A stretch of DNA of 64,000 nt from a virus. The notes beneath the pieces are model-generated. The model was not told the DNA's origin and ran no database searches. It saw nothing but the letters and a program-made list of their open reading frames with translations. Location: IMG/VR virus record IMGVR_UViG_3300046002_008519, positions 3,254 to 67,253 of that record. One strand, given 5' to 3'. The position numbers and the translations under genes were made by a program. Numbering within the stretch: the first letter of the stretch is position 1; every line of letters starts with the position of its first letter. Below, in pieces: positions 39,762 through 50,039 of the stretch.

Positions 39762-40616
39762 ATGAAATTATTTTTCAAAAAAAATATCATAATAGAAAAC
39801 TATAACCTTACCCCAGCGTCAGAAAAACTTGATGAATTGGATGAGGCAGCCAACGCTTTGGATTCAACAATCACAAAAGATTTAAAAATCCCTAAAGAAG
39901 TACTGGATAGTTTTCAACTTAAACCATCACTAAACCCAGAATTCTGGGATAGAGAAGAACTTAGAAGTGATATACGTGACCAACTAATGCTTATAGCTGA
40001 AGAATTTTTTGACGGTCTAAACAGTCCAGAAAACCTAATAATCAAAGATGTAATATTCACTGGTAGCCTAGCCAATTATAATTGGTCTAAATTTTCAGAT
40101 GTAGACATGCATGTTATAGTTGATTTTGAAACTATTGAAGCAAAAGAAGAATTTGTTAAACAACTATTTGACTCCTATAAAAATCTTTGGAATAAAAACC
40201 ACGACATAACCATCAAAGGATATGACGTAGAATTGTATTTGCAGGACGTTAAAGAGACTCTTTCAGCTAACGCGGTATATTCTATCAAAAGAAATAAATG
40301 GCTCCTTAAACCAGAAAAAGAAAAATTTAAAATAAACAGAAATATAATAAAAAAGAAAGCACTATCTTTTATCGACAAACTAAAAGATGTTAAAAAAGCA
40401 TACGCTGGAGCTGATTATCAAAAAGCCCTAGACAAATCACAAGAACTTAAAGACAAAATAAAAAAATATAGAAAAAGCGGACTTGAAAGTGGTGGTGAAT
40501 ATTCACTAGAAAACCTAGTATTTAAGGTTCTAAGAAGAACACCGTTCATGGAAGTGCTTAATGATATAAATTCCAAAGCTTACGACCAGATAATGTCAAT
40601 ACAAGAAAACACATAA
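39762..40616 (+). CDS. Pol-beta-superfamily nucleotidyltransferase
   Basis: FTGSLANYNWSKFSDVDMH (GS...DxD), VELYLQ, R..GL..GGEYSLENLVFKVLRR. Confidence 0.82.
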   Translation: MKLFFKKNIIIENYNLTPASEKLDELDEAANALDSTITKDLKIPKEVLDSFQLKPSLNPEFWDREELRSDIRDQLMLIAEEFFDGLNSPENLIIKDVIFTGSLANYNWSKFSDVDMHVIVDFETIEAKEEFVKQLFDSYKNLWNKNHDITIKGYDVELYLQDVKETLSANAVYSIKRNKWLLKPEKEKFKINRNIIKKKALSFIDKLKDVKKAYAGADYQKALDKSQELKDKIKKYRKSGLESGGEYSLENLVFKVLRRTPFMEVLNDINSKAYDQIMSIQENT

Positions 40617-40641
40617 AAAAAAGGGACCATTAGGTCCCTTT
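40616..40641. terminator. Terminator between convergent genes
   Basis: AAAGGGACC-ATTA-GGTCCCTTT. Confidence 0.75.
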
Positions 40642-40648
40642 GTTATTT

Positions 40649-41881
40649 TTAAAATGGTAATTCTTCTGCGTATTGACTTATAATGTTTTCAGATATTTTA
40701 TTCGTTCTTAAGTAATTTTCATATTCGTAAAAATTATACTTATTGTTAAATGCTGTAATATAACTTTTAACAGTGTCATCTAACTCTTTTGGTGGTGTAC
40801 AATTTCTTAAACCTTTAAGTTGACCATAGTTTAATGTTTTCTTACTAGCATTGCTTCTGTTATTATAATCTACTCTATAATTAACTTCAAGTGTGTATCC
40901 ACTAACTTGGTAAATACCAGAATAACCGCTGGCGATTGAACTACCATAACCAGCAACACAATGGTCTTGTCTGTGACCTTCTTCAATAAGTTCGTGATTG
41001 GTTCTAAGCATATTGTATCCAGTAAACTGTTCGAAATCTTCAAATATTTTGTGAGGGTTTAATTGAATAATTGGTTCAAACTCAAGCATTATTTTTCTTA
41101 GCTCTTTGGACCAAGTATCATGTTCAAGTTTAAGTCTTTTATCAGACCATGAACAGTTTATCTTTCTATCCAATTTAATGGCCATTTCAATAGTGTCTCT
41201 AAATAAATGGTTTTGAAAATGGGTAATTTTCAAATTTTCAACATTTGTCAAAAATGGGCTAATTCTTTTCCAATCAAATTTTGAAATATAACCATTAGCA
41301 CCATAACCTTGATTATAAAGGTTATAGTCTTCAGTCAACACCTTTATAACAGATGTAGGAACTTTATACAAGTGTTTTAAAACTTTATCAGCGTTGAATA
41401 ATTTATAAGTTATAACAGACGATAACGAAATATTATGACAAAACTTATTCTCTTTTATGTTTCTAAGCCATGCAAACCTCTCTTGCAAGAAATCAAATGC
41501 AAAATTAAAATGATAACTAATATCAGTATACATTGCATGCTTAAGGCTAGTACCTATTTTAAAATATAATTTTTTGTTCTTGTAAATCAAAGACTTAACC
41601 TTTTTTTCCCTAGAATAAATTCGATTGGTTTTAGTCATACTAAATGTTCTTCTAAAACAGCAAATTTCAAAACTACCATCTGTTCTTTCAAAACAAACAT
41701 CTCGTTCAATATAACATGCTGGTCTGCTATTAAAAAACAACACACGAGCCTTGTAAGGGTCCTGTTTGTAAGCGTCTAACAACCATTCCAATTTATCCGA
41801 TTTGGTTTCTTTGAACAAAGTATATTGTTTTAACTCACCCTTTTCTTCTAGAACCTTTTCCTTGTTTATTTGTCGTCCCAT
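40649..41881 (-). CDS. PcfJ domain protein
   Basis: RDTIEMA...LKLEHD...ELIEEGHRQDHCVAGY...TLEV...QLKGLRN. Confidence 0.8.
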   Translation of the reverse strand: MGRQINKEKVLEEKGELKQYTLFKETKSDKLEWLLDAYKQDPYKARVLFFNSRPACYIERDVCFERTDGSFEICCFRRTFSMTKTNRIYSREKKVKSLIYKNKKLYFKIGTSLKHAMYTDISYHFNFAFDFLQERFAWLRNIKENKFCHNISLSSVITYKLFNADKVLKHLYKVPTSVIKVLTEDYNLYNQGYGANGYISKFDWKRISPFLTNVENLKITHFQNHLFRDTIEMAIKLDRKINCSWSDKRLKLEHDTWSKELRKIMLEFEPIIQLNPHKIFEDFEQFTGYNMLRTNHELIEEGHRQDHCVAGYGSSIASGYSGIYQVSGYTLEVNYRVDYNNRSNASKKTLNYGQLKGLRNCTPPKELDDTVKSYITAFNNKYNFYEYENYLRTNKISENIISQYAEELPF

Positions 41882-41969
41882 ATATTATATGTTTTTTTAG
41901 TTATACATGCAAATATACTATTTAATTTTTATTGTTGCAAATAAAAATGCTCACAAAAGCAAACATGTG

Positions 41970-44159
41970 TTATATTCTATCCAAGATAAAATCTTTATCA
42001 TCTGGCATATACTTGTCAATTATTGGTTCCAAATACGGATACAACTCTTTTTTATATAAAAGACTTACCATATCATACTTCTCCAATTGTCTAAATACAG
42101 AATCAGGTAAGTATTGAATTACCTTCGGAACACTTCTCATCAAATCAATTATATAATTCATACCAATTTTATCATACAATTGACGTGCAAGAATTGGTTT
42201 ACTATGTATCATACTATATATTCTATATTCACCCATCTTTTCAATACGCTCATCAGGTATATATTTTAAGGCTTTTGGGTTTTTTACTATAATATCTTTT
42301 AAATCTAAATCAACAATATCGTTAATTTTATCACCTAAGTGTTTAAACAATGTTGGTTGATTTGTTAAAATAATAACAAGGTCATAAGAACTAGTGACAA
42401 ATCTTAACAATTCTGGTTTATAAATAAAAGCCTTGGCTTTAGTGTCATACATCAAAGTATATCTAAGTGGGTTATATTCTTCTTTAGAATTTATAACAAT
42501 GTATTTATCCCTAATCAACAAAGGAAGCAAATCACCATATTTTAATCTACCTAAAAGGTCTAATTTTTTTTCCTCTGATATATTATCTAGTATTATTTTA
42601 TAACCAGTAGAATCCTTTTCTAATACGTTGGCTAATTGCCATGTACCTAATTCGTCAAAACCTTCTGATTTAACCAAATATTGAGTCAATTCAGGGTAGT
42701 CGTAAACGAGCAATTGTACTTGATATTTGGTTAATTTATTTATGTTTTCTTTAACTTCAGGTGACTTAATAATACTAGGTTCAGCATAAATAGCCTGAAA
42801 TAATTCATGGTTATTACTTAAAACATATCTATCTATATTTATTTTAACGTTCGGTAATAATTTTTTTATCACCTGCAATTCATCAAATTCCAATTTATCT
42901 TGGTTAATACTACGACTATCATGAATTTCGGTCCCGTTGTTGTTTCCATCTATCCTTAACATAAAGTATTTTTTAAGCATATCTTCTGACATGTGCTTAT
43001 AAAAAGCTTCATCAATTTTTTTGTTGTTATCTATCTTTAACTTTATAATACGATTTATCTGAGTTGGTGATAACACGTCTTCATATAATGCTGTGTCGTA
43101 ATACTTGTAAACAAAATAACCAACTTCAATAAGACTATCCATCGTTTCTTTTCTAAGGCTTTTTAACTGGTCTAAATTAAAAGACATTTGATTGGCAGCT
43201 AAATCCCTAATAAAATCAGCTGGTGTTACTTGAGAACCGTTAACCACAAGCCCTTTTATGCTTCTATCAACCAAGTCTTGTAAATCATTCGCAATAAAAC
43301 GAGCTTTAACACTATCCAATAACTCAGAGTATTTACGCTCATCGTCAGTTATTTCTCTATATGTAAAATATCTCTCAAGACCTTTTAAATTAGGTAGTTG
43401 TTGCTCTATTTCATCCCATGGCATCGCATCACTTTTACCACCACTTCTTAAACCAGTGTTGGTTCTATCCGCAATGGCGTATCCATTATAACCACCATAG
43501 TTCATAATAACCAATTTTTGTTCGTCACCTTTGATATTCTTTTGCAAAACAAAATATGGTGTGGCACCATAGCTAAGTCTATATGTGTTGTAAAAATTTG
43601 AATCAGCTTTGGTAATACACCAAGATTCCCCTTTTCCATACATTACACACTTGGCTTTGGTGTTGGTATCCAAAATAATAACGTTATTATCTTCATAAAG
43701 AACATCTTCTTGATTGGGTTTTTCTATGCTCGTCCCGATACCTATTTCTTCATCTTTTACCCATCTATTGTTATTAACCAAATCCACAAGACCCTGTTCA
43801 ACTTTTTTCATTGAAAATGGTCTAGCTTTGTCACCCAACAAAACAATGTTGTTTATGTAAGCGTCTAAGTATTTCTTGGCCAACTCTCGGTTGTCAGGAA
43901 ATGAAGTGGTTTTAACCAAATCATCTAACACTCTATCATACCAATTGTTAAACACCTCATCAAATTGTTCTTTGCTTTTATATTGCATGATATCACCAAA
44001 AGATTGTTTAAACAAATAAGCAATTGCCAGTTTGTTTATCATATCATTTGAAGAATCGTTAAATCTTTTTGTTACTGGTTCGATAACACTTTTTCCGTAG
44101 AATTCGTTTACCAACGTTTCTCTAAGTAATTGTTTTACTATATTTTTCATCTTATACAT
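41970..44159 (-). CDS. Large protein with VKQLLRE leader, PcfJ/GNAT-like WCI domain and helical repeats
   Basis: MKNIVKQLLRETLVNE; KCVMYGKGESWCIT...YNTYR...YFV; C-terminal P..LKYIP-type repeats. Confidence 0.75.
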   Translation of the reverse strand: MYKMKNIVKQLLRETLVNEFYGKSVIEPVTKRFNDSSNDMINKLAIAYLFKQSFGDIMQYKSKEQFDEVFNNWYDRVLDDLVKTTSFPDNRELAKKYLDAYINNIVLLGDKARPFSMKKVEQGLVDLVNNNRWVKDEEIGIGTSIEKPNQEDVLYEDNNVIILDTNTKAKCVMYGKGESWCITKADSNFYNTYRLSYGATPYFVLQKNIKGDEQKLVIMNYGGYNGYAIADRTNTGLRSGGKSDAMPWDEIEQQLPNLKGLERYFTYREITDDERKYSELLDSVKARFIANDLQDLVDRSIKGLVVNGSQVTPADFIRDLAANQMSFNLDQLKSLRKETMDSLIEVGYFVYKYYDTALYEDVLSPTQINRIIKLKIDNNKKIDEAFYKHMSEDMLKKYFMLRIDGNNNGTEIHDSRSINQDKLEFDELQVIKKLLPNVKINIDRYVLSNNHELFQAIYAEPSIIKSPEVKENINKLTKYQVQLLVYDYPELTQYLVKSEGFDELGTWQLANVLEKDSTGYKIILDNISEEKKLDLLGRLKYGDLLPLLIRDKYIVINSKEEYNPLRYTLMYDTKAKAFIYKPELLRFVTSSYDLVIILTNQPTLFKHLGDKINDIVDLDLKDIIVKNPKALKYIPDERIEKMGEYRIYSMIHSKPILARQLYDKIGMNYIIDLMRSVPKVIQYLPDSVFRQLEKYDMVSLLYKKELYPYLEPIIDKYMPDDKDFILDRI

Positions 44160-46353
44160 TTCCTATTCCAAGCCATTTGCTTTTTATTTTATCATTTACC
44201 CACTCATGTCCACCACCAGTGATTTTAACCGCCCTATCAACAATCAATTGTCTAAAAGGTGCTTTACCCTCAGCCGACCAATAAGATTTGTTGGTTTCTT
44301 TAAAAAATGGTTTAACTTCATTCTTACTAGCAACCTTACATCCACTAGCACCACAAATTACATACACATATTCCGTACCAGTTGGTATAATAGGAAAATA
44401 AAATCCATTCTTGCCACTCTCAAGCATATCATATCCTTGTACTGGTTTGTAATTCCCCTTCTTAGGACCAACAACATAATCAGGGTTGATTCGCTTCATC
44501 GCTCTTTCATATGTATCTTTCCAACCAAATATAAACCTAGTATGCTTGAATATTTTATCATACATTGGGTTTGGAACCTTTTTGCCAAATTTGTCTACAA
44601 CAGTCTTGTTCATATAATCATTCATAGATGAAATATAATATGCAGTACCAGTTGTCATTCGCTTAGGGTCTTGGTCCAAAAATTTACGTATGTCGTTGGA
44701 ATATCTTTCTTCAGTTACAAAATTCTCTCTAAGCATATTCTTAACTCTTACCTTGCTCTCGTTGATTTCTTCAATTCTAATCTCACCAAGCTTGTCTTGC
44801 AATAACTCGTTGAAATATTCATTGTTAATATCAGGTGAATAATAATTGTCGTTGAACCTAAAGTCAGGTTTGTCAATCCACTCACCCATCATCTCATCAA
44901 ACATACAACTCATATCATCGTTGCATCTATCAGAAATCTCTTCATAAACATCTTCTTCCAAATCATCTATATACTTACCAACGTTAACACGCAACACAAC
45001 ACCAGTATCATCCATTTTTTCAACAACACCTAATTCTTCTAGAGCCTCTTCTAACTTCTTGTATATATCATCAGCATAAGTATCAGACTCAGCATCGTTG
45101 ACAGCTCTTTGTATAGCATGAATAATCTCTTGGTCCTCATCATATTCTTCAATCATATCTTCCAACGATAAATCTTCATCAATCTCAACACCATTCTTGG
45201 CAGCCATCGCTTGCAATATCTGACGAATTTCATTTTCGCTATTACTGTCAGCATTATATTCCAAAGCACCCTTCCAATCCGCATCATAATTGTCCCACAA
45301 ATCCCACGTGTCACCAGCCAATATTATTTCAAACAACCCAATGCTTCTTCCTTCACCATAAACATTAGCCCTTTCTTTACGAACCGTATAATCACCATCA
45401 ATATATCTATCAACCATATCAGGTGAAATCTCAATAGACACATACTCCTCAGGCAACTTGTCAATAAGACCCATAGCAACAAGCTTCTTCTTAAGGCTTC
45501 TCTTGTTAAATAACTCAGGACGCTTGGCAAATATCTCCCTAATAACATCATCACTAAAATCAGTCAACTTAAAATCACTAGAACTCTCATATTCACTACC
45601 AAACCCGTTGATAAAATATCCATCACCCCTCTTCAAAAATAACAATGGGTAAATATACTCATGATATACAGCTTCAGGCTTGCTATTCTTTCCACCCTTC
45701 ATCTGATACACTATGCCATTGGTGCCAATAGCAGCAGTCAACACAGATTTGTTAAGCTTGTATTTGTCATTAAGCGGAATGACTTGTCTAAGAGAATAAA
45801 TTCTACCAGCGCCACTAGTGCCACAATGTCCCATACGGTCACATTCCTCTTTTGAACTACCAGTTTCCAAATCAGCCCAATAAAACCCATTGCCGCTGGC
45901 ATCCCTAAAGTCAAGTATAATAGGATTTTCTTCAACATAGTTGATGTCACCAGAACCAACCTCCAATTCATCATGCCATTGTTTAGAAGCATCAAACAAT
46001 TCTTGGAAACTTAATTCTTTGTTGGAACCCAAGTTTCCGTTAAGACCAACACGAACCCAGTCCATAATAGAAGTAATGGTTTGTCTCTCATTGTTAACTC
46101 TTCTATCATCTGCCATTTTTTGAATTGTAACTTTTCTTAATTCAGCTGGTGATAAATCTTGTATCATACGACCATAATATGTCATATAATAATCAATAAT
46201 CTTGTTACCTATCCAAATACTCAACGGACCACAAAGCCTATCAAGTATCTCAGCTGACTCCTCATCAAATCCAATCTTGTTAATAAGGATATCTTTTTTT
46301 GAAGCCTCATGAATAAGCCCCTCTCTAAGTATATTGCGTATGTTTGTGTTCAT
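44152..46353 (-). CDS. Large modular protein with IRNILRE leader and PcfJ-like domain
   Basis: EECDRMGHCG...IYSLR...QMKGGKNSKP; internal VKNMLRE leader copy before a C-terminal module. Confidence 0.78.
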   Translation of the reverse strand: MNTNIRNILREGLIHEASKKDILINKIGFDEESAEILDRLCGPLSIWIGNKIIDYYMTYYGRMIQDLSPAELRKVTIQKMADDRRVNNERQTITSIMDWVRVGLNGNLGSNKELSFQELFDASKQWHDELEVGSGDINYVEENPIILDFRDASGNGFYWADLETGSSKEECDRMGHCGTSGAGRIYSLRQVIPLNDKYKLNKSVLTAAIGTNGIVYQMKGGKNSKPEAVYHEYIYPLLFLKRGDGYFINGFGSEYESSSDFKLTDFSDDVIREIFAKRPELFNKRSLKKKLVAMGLIDKLPEEYVSIEISPDMVDRYIDGDYTVRKERANVYGEGRSIGLFEIILAGDTWDLWDNYDADWKGALEYNADSNSENEIRQILQAMAAKNGVEIDEDLSLEDMIEEYDEDQEIIHAIQRAVNDAESDTYADDIYKKLEEALEELGVVEKMDDTGVVLRVNVGKYIDDLEEDVYEEISDRCNDDMSCMFDEMMGEWIDKPDFRFNDNYYSPDINNEYFNELLQDKLGEIRIEEINESKVRVKNMLRENFVTEERYSNDIRKFLDQDPKRMTTGTAYYISSMNDYMNKTVVDKFGKKVPNPMYDKIFKHTRFIFGWKDTYERAMKRINPDYVVGPKKGNYKPVQGYDMLESGKNGFYFPIIPTGTEYVYVICGASGCKVASKNEVKPFFKETNKSYWSAEGKAPFRQLIVDRAVKITGGGHEWVNDKIKSKWLGIGNV

Positions 46354-48203
46354 TTTAACTTTTTTTTATTTAACTTCTAAGTATTTTTCGTATATTTTTT
46401 CTGCTTTCATCAATAACACCAACCAAACGTTTAATATTGTCAGTTGGGTTTTTGATATAAAAATAGGCGTTTTCATTATTTTTAACTGCTGCCATTTGAA
46501 CAACTTCTGATGGGTCCTCAATAAATTGAATAGCATACCCGTTTTGATTAACAGCCTCAAGTTTAGCATTTTCAGTAGGGTTTTTTATGAAATTAATAAC
46601 ATCATAGTTATAATAACCACCTATTTGGATTGCCGCTATCTGAATAGCTTCAGATGGGTTGTTGATAAATTGTATCGCTTTATATTCACTTTTTATTGCA
46701 GCCAACTGAAGATTTTCAGACGGGTTTTCAAAGTGCTTAATCATAAGACCATTACTAATCACAGAAGATAATTTAAATTCTTCAGATGAATTTTTCATAT
46801 ATCTAATTGACATCGGATTTATTAAAATAGCATGTTTTTGCATTTCATAACTTAACTCACCCATAAATTGAATCGATGTAGGACTATTATGAATCAACCA
46901 CCCAATAGAGCTCTCAGTTTTACCTAAAACAGAAAAAATATAATCAACAAAACGCTGGTTTGTATCAACGTTATTCATAATAGCCCTAAAAATATTTTTG
47001 TCTATGTTTTGTCCAAAAAAATCTAACAACCATATAAAAAACTCAGTGTTGTCACCAGAAGGTATTTGATTAACCAATTTAACAATATTGTCATATTCAT
47101 CCCAATCTTTACCGTTGGCGGTAAATATCAATTTTGCAATGTCTAATCCATGACCACTTTTGACAGCATGATTAACAATATCTCTATATGGATATTCAGA
47201 ATTATCTTTTTGTTGACTTATAAAATGTTTAATCTTGTCAAAATTATTTTTAAAATAATCGTAATCATATTTTATCAAAGCCGTCAAACCACCCATAGAT
47301 TTCATCAAGTCTTCTTTTCTGTAGTTACCAAACTCAGCTTTTCTAAAATCATCCATCGCAACATGCCCACCATTATCCTTGAACCATTTAACCATGTCAT
47401 TATCATCATAAAAAGTATAAACGTTAGGTGTAAGCGTTTTTAACTCTTCTATAATTTCATTGGTGGCTTCTTCCTTTTCTCCCTTTTCTTCATCAGCATA
47501 ATAATCCATCGCTCTATCTGGCAACCAAGCCAAAGATAAAACCCTTACATTTTTTACCAACAATTCATTCCACCCATTGTCAAAACTTGAACTAAAAACC
47601 ATTTTAATCAAATTGTCTTTAATCTCATCATGATATTTATCAAACAACCCAAACATGTGGGTCATATATGTTCTAACATCACTAGGGTTATCGTTAAATT
47701 TAAAAGTACTAAAATAATTAACCAAATCATCATATAACCTATTGGATAATAATTTAGCAGAAATCCATCTCCTGTTAACCGATTGGTCAAGAGTAGACAT
47801 AATGTCATTAGAACCCATGATGTCCATAACACCACCTATCTTAAGAACAATACCACCTTGGGTTTGTATACCCCTAGCGCTTCTTATCCCACCCTCACCA
47901 AAATACTTGAACGCAGATATGGAATTTCGCTTGCCAATAATCTTTTTAATCTCAAATACTTTTTTCAAATCAGTAACGTGAAAAGCTTCCACAACCCTAG
48001 GTTCATCAAACATTCTTTTGACAATGCTAGAAGTCAAAGGAATTTCACCATTTCTTAATTTTTTATCTTTGTTGCTCACCCACATGACCTCATCCAACAA
48101 CTCTTCACTAATCAAATCAATATATGATTCAAAAAGAATATCTTTCTTTGAAGCCTCAAGAATAAGCCCCTCTCTAAGTATATTGCGTATGCTTGTATTC
48201 ATT
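46288..48203. repeat. ~65-bp near-identical direct repeat encoding the leader MNT(N/S)IRNILREGLI(H/L)EASKKDIL
   Basis: ~46288-46354 versus ~48137-48203. Confidence 0.85.
46370..48202 (-). CDS. Large protein with IRNILRE leader and C-terminal NPSE..QLAA repeats
   Basis: Start re-called at 48202 (TAATG overlap); DUF4116-like repeats. Confidence 0.75.
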   Translation of the reverse strand: MNTSIRNILREGLILEASKKDILFESYIDLISEELLDEVMWVSNKDKKLRNGEIPLTSSIVKRMFDEPRVVEAFHVTDLKKVFEIKKIIGKRNSISAFKYFGEGGIRSARGIQTQGGIVLKIGGVMDIMGSNDIMSTLDQSVNRRWISAKLLSNRLYDDLVNYFSTFKFNDNPSDVRTYMTHMFGLFDKYHDEIKDNLIKMVFSSSFDNGWNELLVKNVRVLSLAWLPDRAMDYYADEEKGEKEEATNEIIEELKTLTPNVYTFYDDNDMVKWFKDNGGHVAMDDFRKAEFGNYRKEDLMKSMGGLTALIKYDYDYFKNNFDKIKHFISQQKDNSEYPYRDIVNHAVKSGHGLDIAKLIFTANGKDWDEYDNIVKLVNQIPSGDNTEFFIWLLDFFGQNIDKNIFRAIMNNVDTNQRFVDYIFSVLGKTESSIGWLIHNSPTSIQFMGELSYEMQKHAILINPMSIRYMKNSSEEFKLSSVISNGLMIKHFENPSENLQLAAIKSEYKAIQFINNPSEAIQIAAIQIGGYYNYDVINFIKNPTENAKLEAVNQNGYAIQFIEDPSEVVQMAAVKNNENAYFYIKNPTDNIKRLVGVIDESRKNIRKILRS

Positions 48204-49008
48204 ATCTTAAATTTTTTTGGTACCAATCTTTATCTTCTTGTGATAAAGACCAATCTTTACCACTTTCTATTTTATTTTTAAAATATTTCATCTTCTGTTC
48301 ATCAGTAGCATAGGATAATTCTAGTTTTGTTAAATAACTACCACTATCTATTACACTATTTATAACTTTATCCATTAATTCACGAGACAACATTTTAAAT
48401 TCTAAATTAGTTAACAAATGTTTGTTTTTATTAACAATGTTTTCTAGATATTTGTTTATATATTCTTTAGGTAAATAGTTTAAAACATATTCTTCAACTT
48501 TATCATCATCACTATATAAAAAGTTTTTTCCGATACTTTTTAATGCTTGTCTAATTGCGTAGTCTTTTTTTAACTCATCTGACAAAATAGAAAATTCATA
48601 TTCATGTAAATTTCTACCGTCTGGTCTGTCAATAATCATTTTTAAATAAGATATCTTATTATTCTCTGGTAATGAATCAAATACAGATTTGGTTAACCAA
48701 TGTCCTTTGGATACTCGATTATAAACATAAAACCTAGCAACACTAGGCTGAACCGTATCCAATTCCCATTTTTCGACAGGTTCCCAACCTTGATTTATTT
48801 TTTTTAGAATCAACACACCCAATTCATTTTTTTGAGCCCCATCCATTAAATCAAATTCATATTTTTCAATATCATAATTGTGTTTTGAAGCAATAATTCG
48901 TTTACGTATATATGTTTTTTTATCAGCACCAGATAACTGTGTGATTTGATATTCTGGCAATTTTAATCCAGTGTCAACATATTTTCTTATAAGGTCTTTA
49001 TTGTTCAT
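48202..49008 (-). CDS. Helical-repeat protein, paralog 3 of tandem array
   Basis: MNNKDLIRKYVDTGLKLPEYQITQLSGADKKTYIRKR. Confidence 0.75.
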   Translation of the reverse strand: MNNKDLIRKYVDTGLKLPEYQITQLSGADKKTYIRKRIIASKHNYDIEKYEFDLMDGAQKNELGVLILKKINQGWEPVEKWELDTVQPSVARFYVYNRVSKGHWLTKSVFDSLPENNKISYLKMIIDRPDGRNLHEYEFSILSDELKKDYAIRQALKSIGKNFLYSDDDKVEEYVLNYLPKEYINKYLENIVNKNKHLLTNLEFKMLSRELMDKVINSVIDSGSYLTKLELSYATDEQKMKYFKNKIESGKDWSLSQEDKDWYQKNLR

Positions 49009-49435
49009 TTTTTATTTTTTTGTAATATTCTAATTCCTCAGGTGATAATTTATCAAGAAACCATTGCCAATTAAAATCTTTAATTGCTAAGGCTCTTAAA
49101 TATTTTAGCTTAGATTTGTTATTAAAATACCAATACAAATCAGGGTTTATAATATAACCTTTTTCTATCGTTCTATCTAAATAAAAATCTTTAATTTCAT
49201 CAGAAACTTTAGTAAATAAAATTGAATTAAGATTATGTTTTTCTATAAATGCTTTCTGTTGCTCAATATCCATAGAATTAAGTTCATAACCTTCTAAATT
49301 ATCTTCATTGTTTTGAGCAATAAAACGCTTACGCAAATAAGTCTTCTTATCAGCACCAGATAACTGATTAAACTGATATTCTGGTATACCTACACCAGTA
49401 TCCACATATTGTTTTATAAGGTCTTTATGATTCAT
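48998..49435 (-). CDS. Helical-repeat protein, paralog 2 of tandem array
   Basis: MNHKDLIKQYVDTGVGIPEYQFNQLSGADKKTYLRKR. Confidence 0.75.
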   Translation of the reverse strand: MNHKDLIKQYVDTGVGIPEYQFNQLSGADKKTYLRKRFIAQNNEDNLEGYELNSMDIEQQKAFIEKHNLNSILFTKVSDEIKDFYLDRTIEKGYIINPDLYWYFNNKSKLKYLRALAIKDFNWQWFLDKLSPEELEYYKKIKNEQ

Positions 49436-50039
49436 CTTTAATTAAATTGTGCTTTTTAATAATGTTTAAAAAATCTAAATATATTTCATCCCTGTAGTTT
49501 GAAACCTTCCATCGAATACTATCATGGTTTAATATATTTTTCCCATGATATTTTATTAAATTTTTAATATAATATATCTTTAATTCATCAATTAAATCTT
49601 TGAAAATATCAACAATTGATTTTTTGTCTAAAGAAAGACTAGCGTTCCATTTTAAATATCTAAGCTTATCAGTAAATGGTAATTCAAAAAATTGGTTTCT
49701 AGGTAAACTAACCCCTTTATTAATTACCATATCCAAATATTTTGATTTAAATTCGTCACGCAATTCTCTTAAAAATTCATCCAAATCTCTATTACCCGAT
49801 AAATTATAAAAATTAATTTTTTTTGTAAATAATTCATCATAATACTTATCCATATCTACAGAATCCATCAAATCAATCTCATAAGGAGATAATTCAAATA
49901 CATTTGAAGATTGTTTATTAGCAATTAAACGTTTTCTCAAATATGTTTTCTTATCAGAACCAGATAACTGCATGACTTGATATTTGGGTAACTTTAACCC
50001 AGAATCCACATATTGTTTTATAAGGTCTTTATGGTTCAT
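49425..50039 (-). CDS. Helical-repeat protein, paralog 1 of tandem array
   Basis: MNHKDLIKQYVDSGLKLPKYQVMQLSGSDKKTYLRKR. Confidence 0.75.
   Translation of the reverse strand: MNHKDLIKQYVDSGLKLPKYQVMQLSGSDKKTYLRKRLIANKQSSNVFELSPYEIDLMDSVDMDKYYDELFTKKINFYNLSGNRDLDEFLRELRDEFKSKYLDMVINKGVSLPRNQFFELPFTDKLRYLKWNASLSLDKKSIVDIFKDLIDELKIYYIKNLIKYHGKNILNHDSIRWKVSNYRDEIYLDFLNIIKKHNLIKDES

Noticed and set aside
48202-50039. Diversity-generating retroelement template/variable repeats
   Set aside because: Repeats are N-terminal, differences are not confined to adenines, and there is no reverse transcriptase in the window
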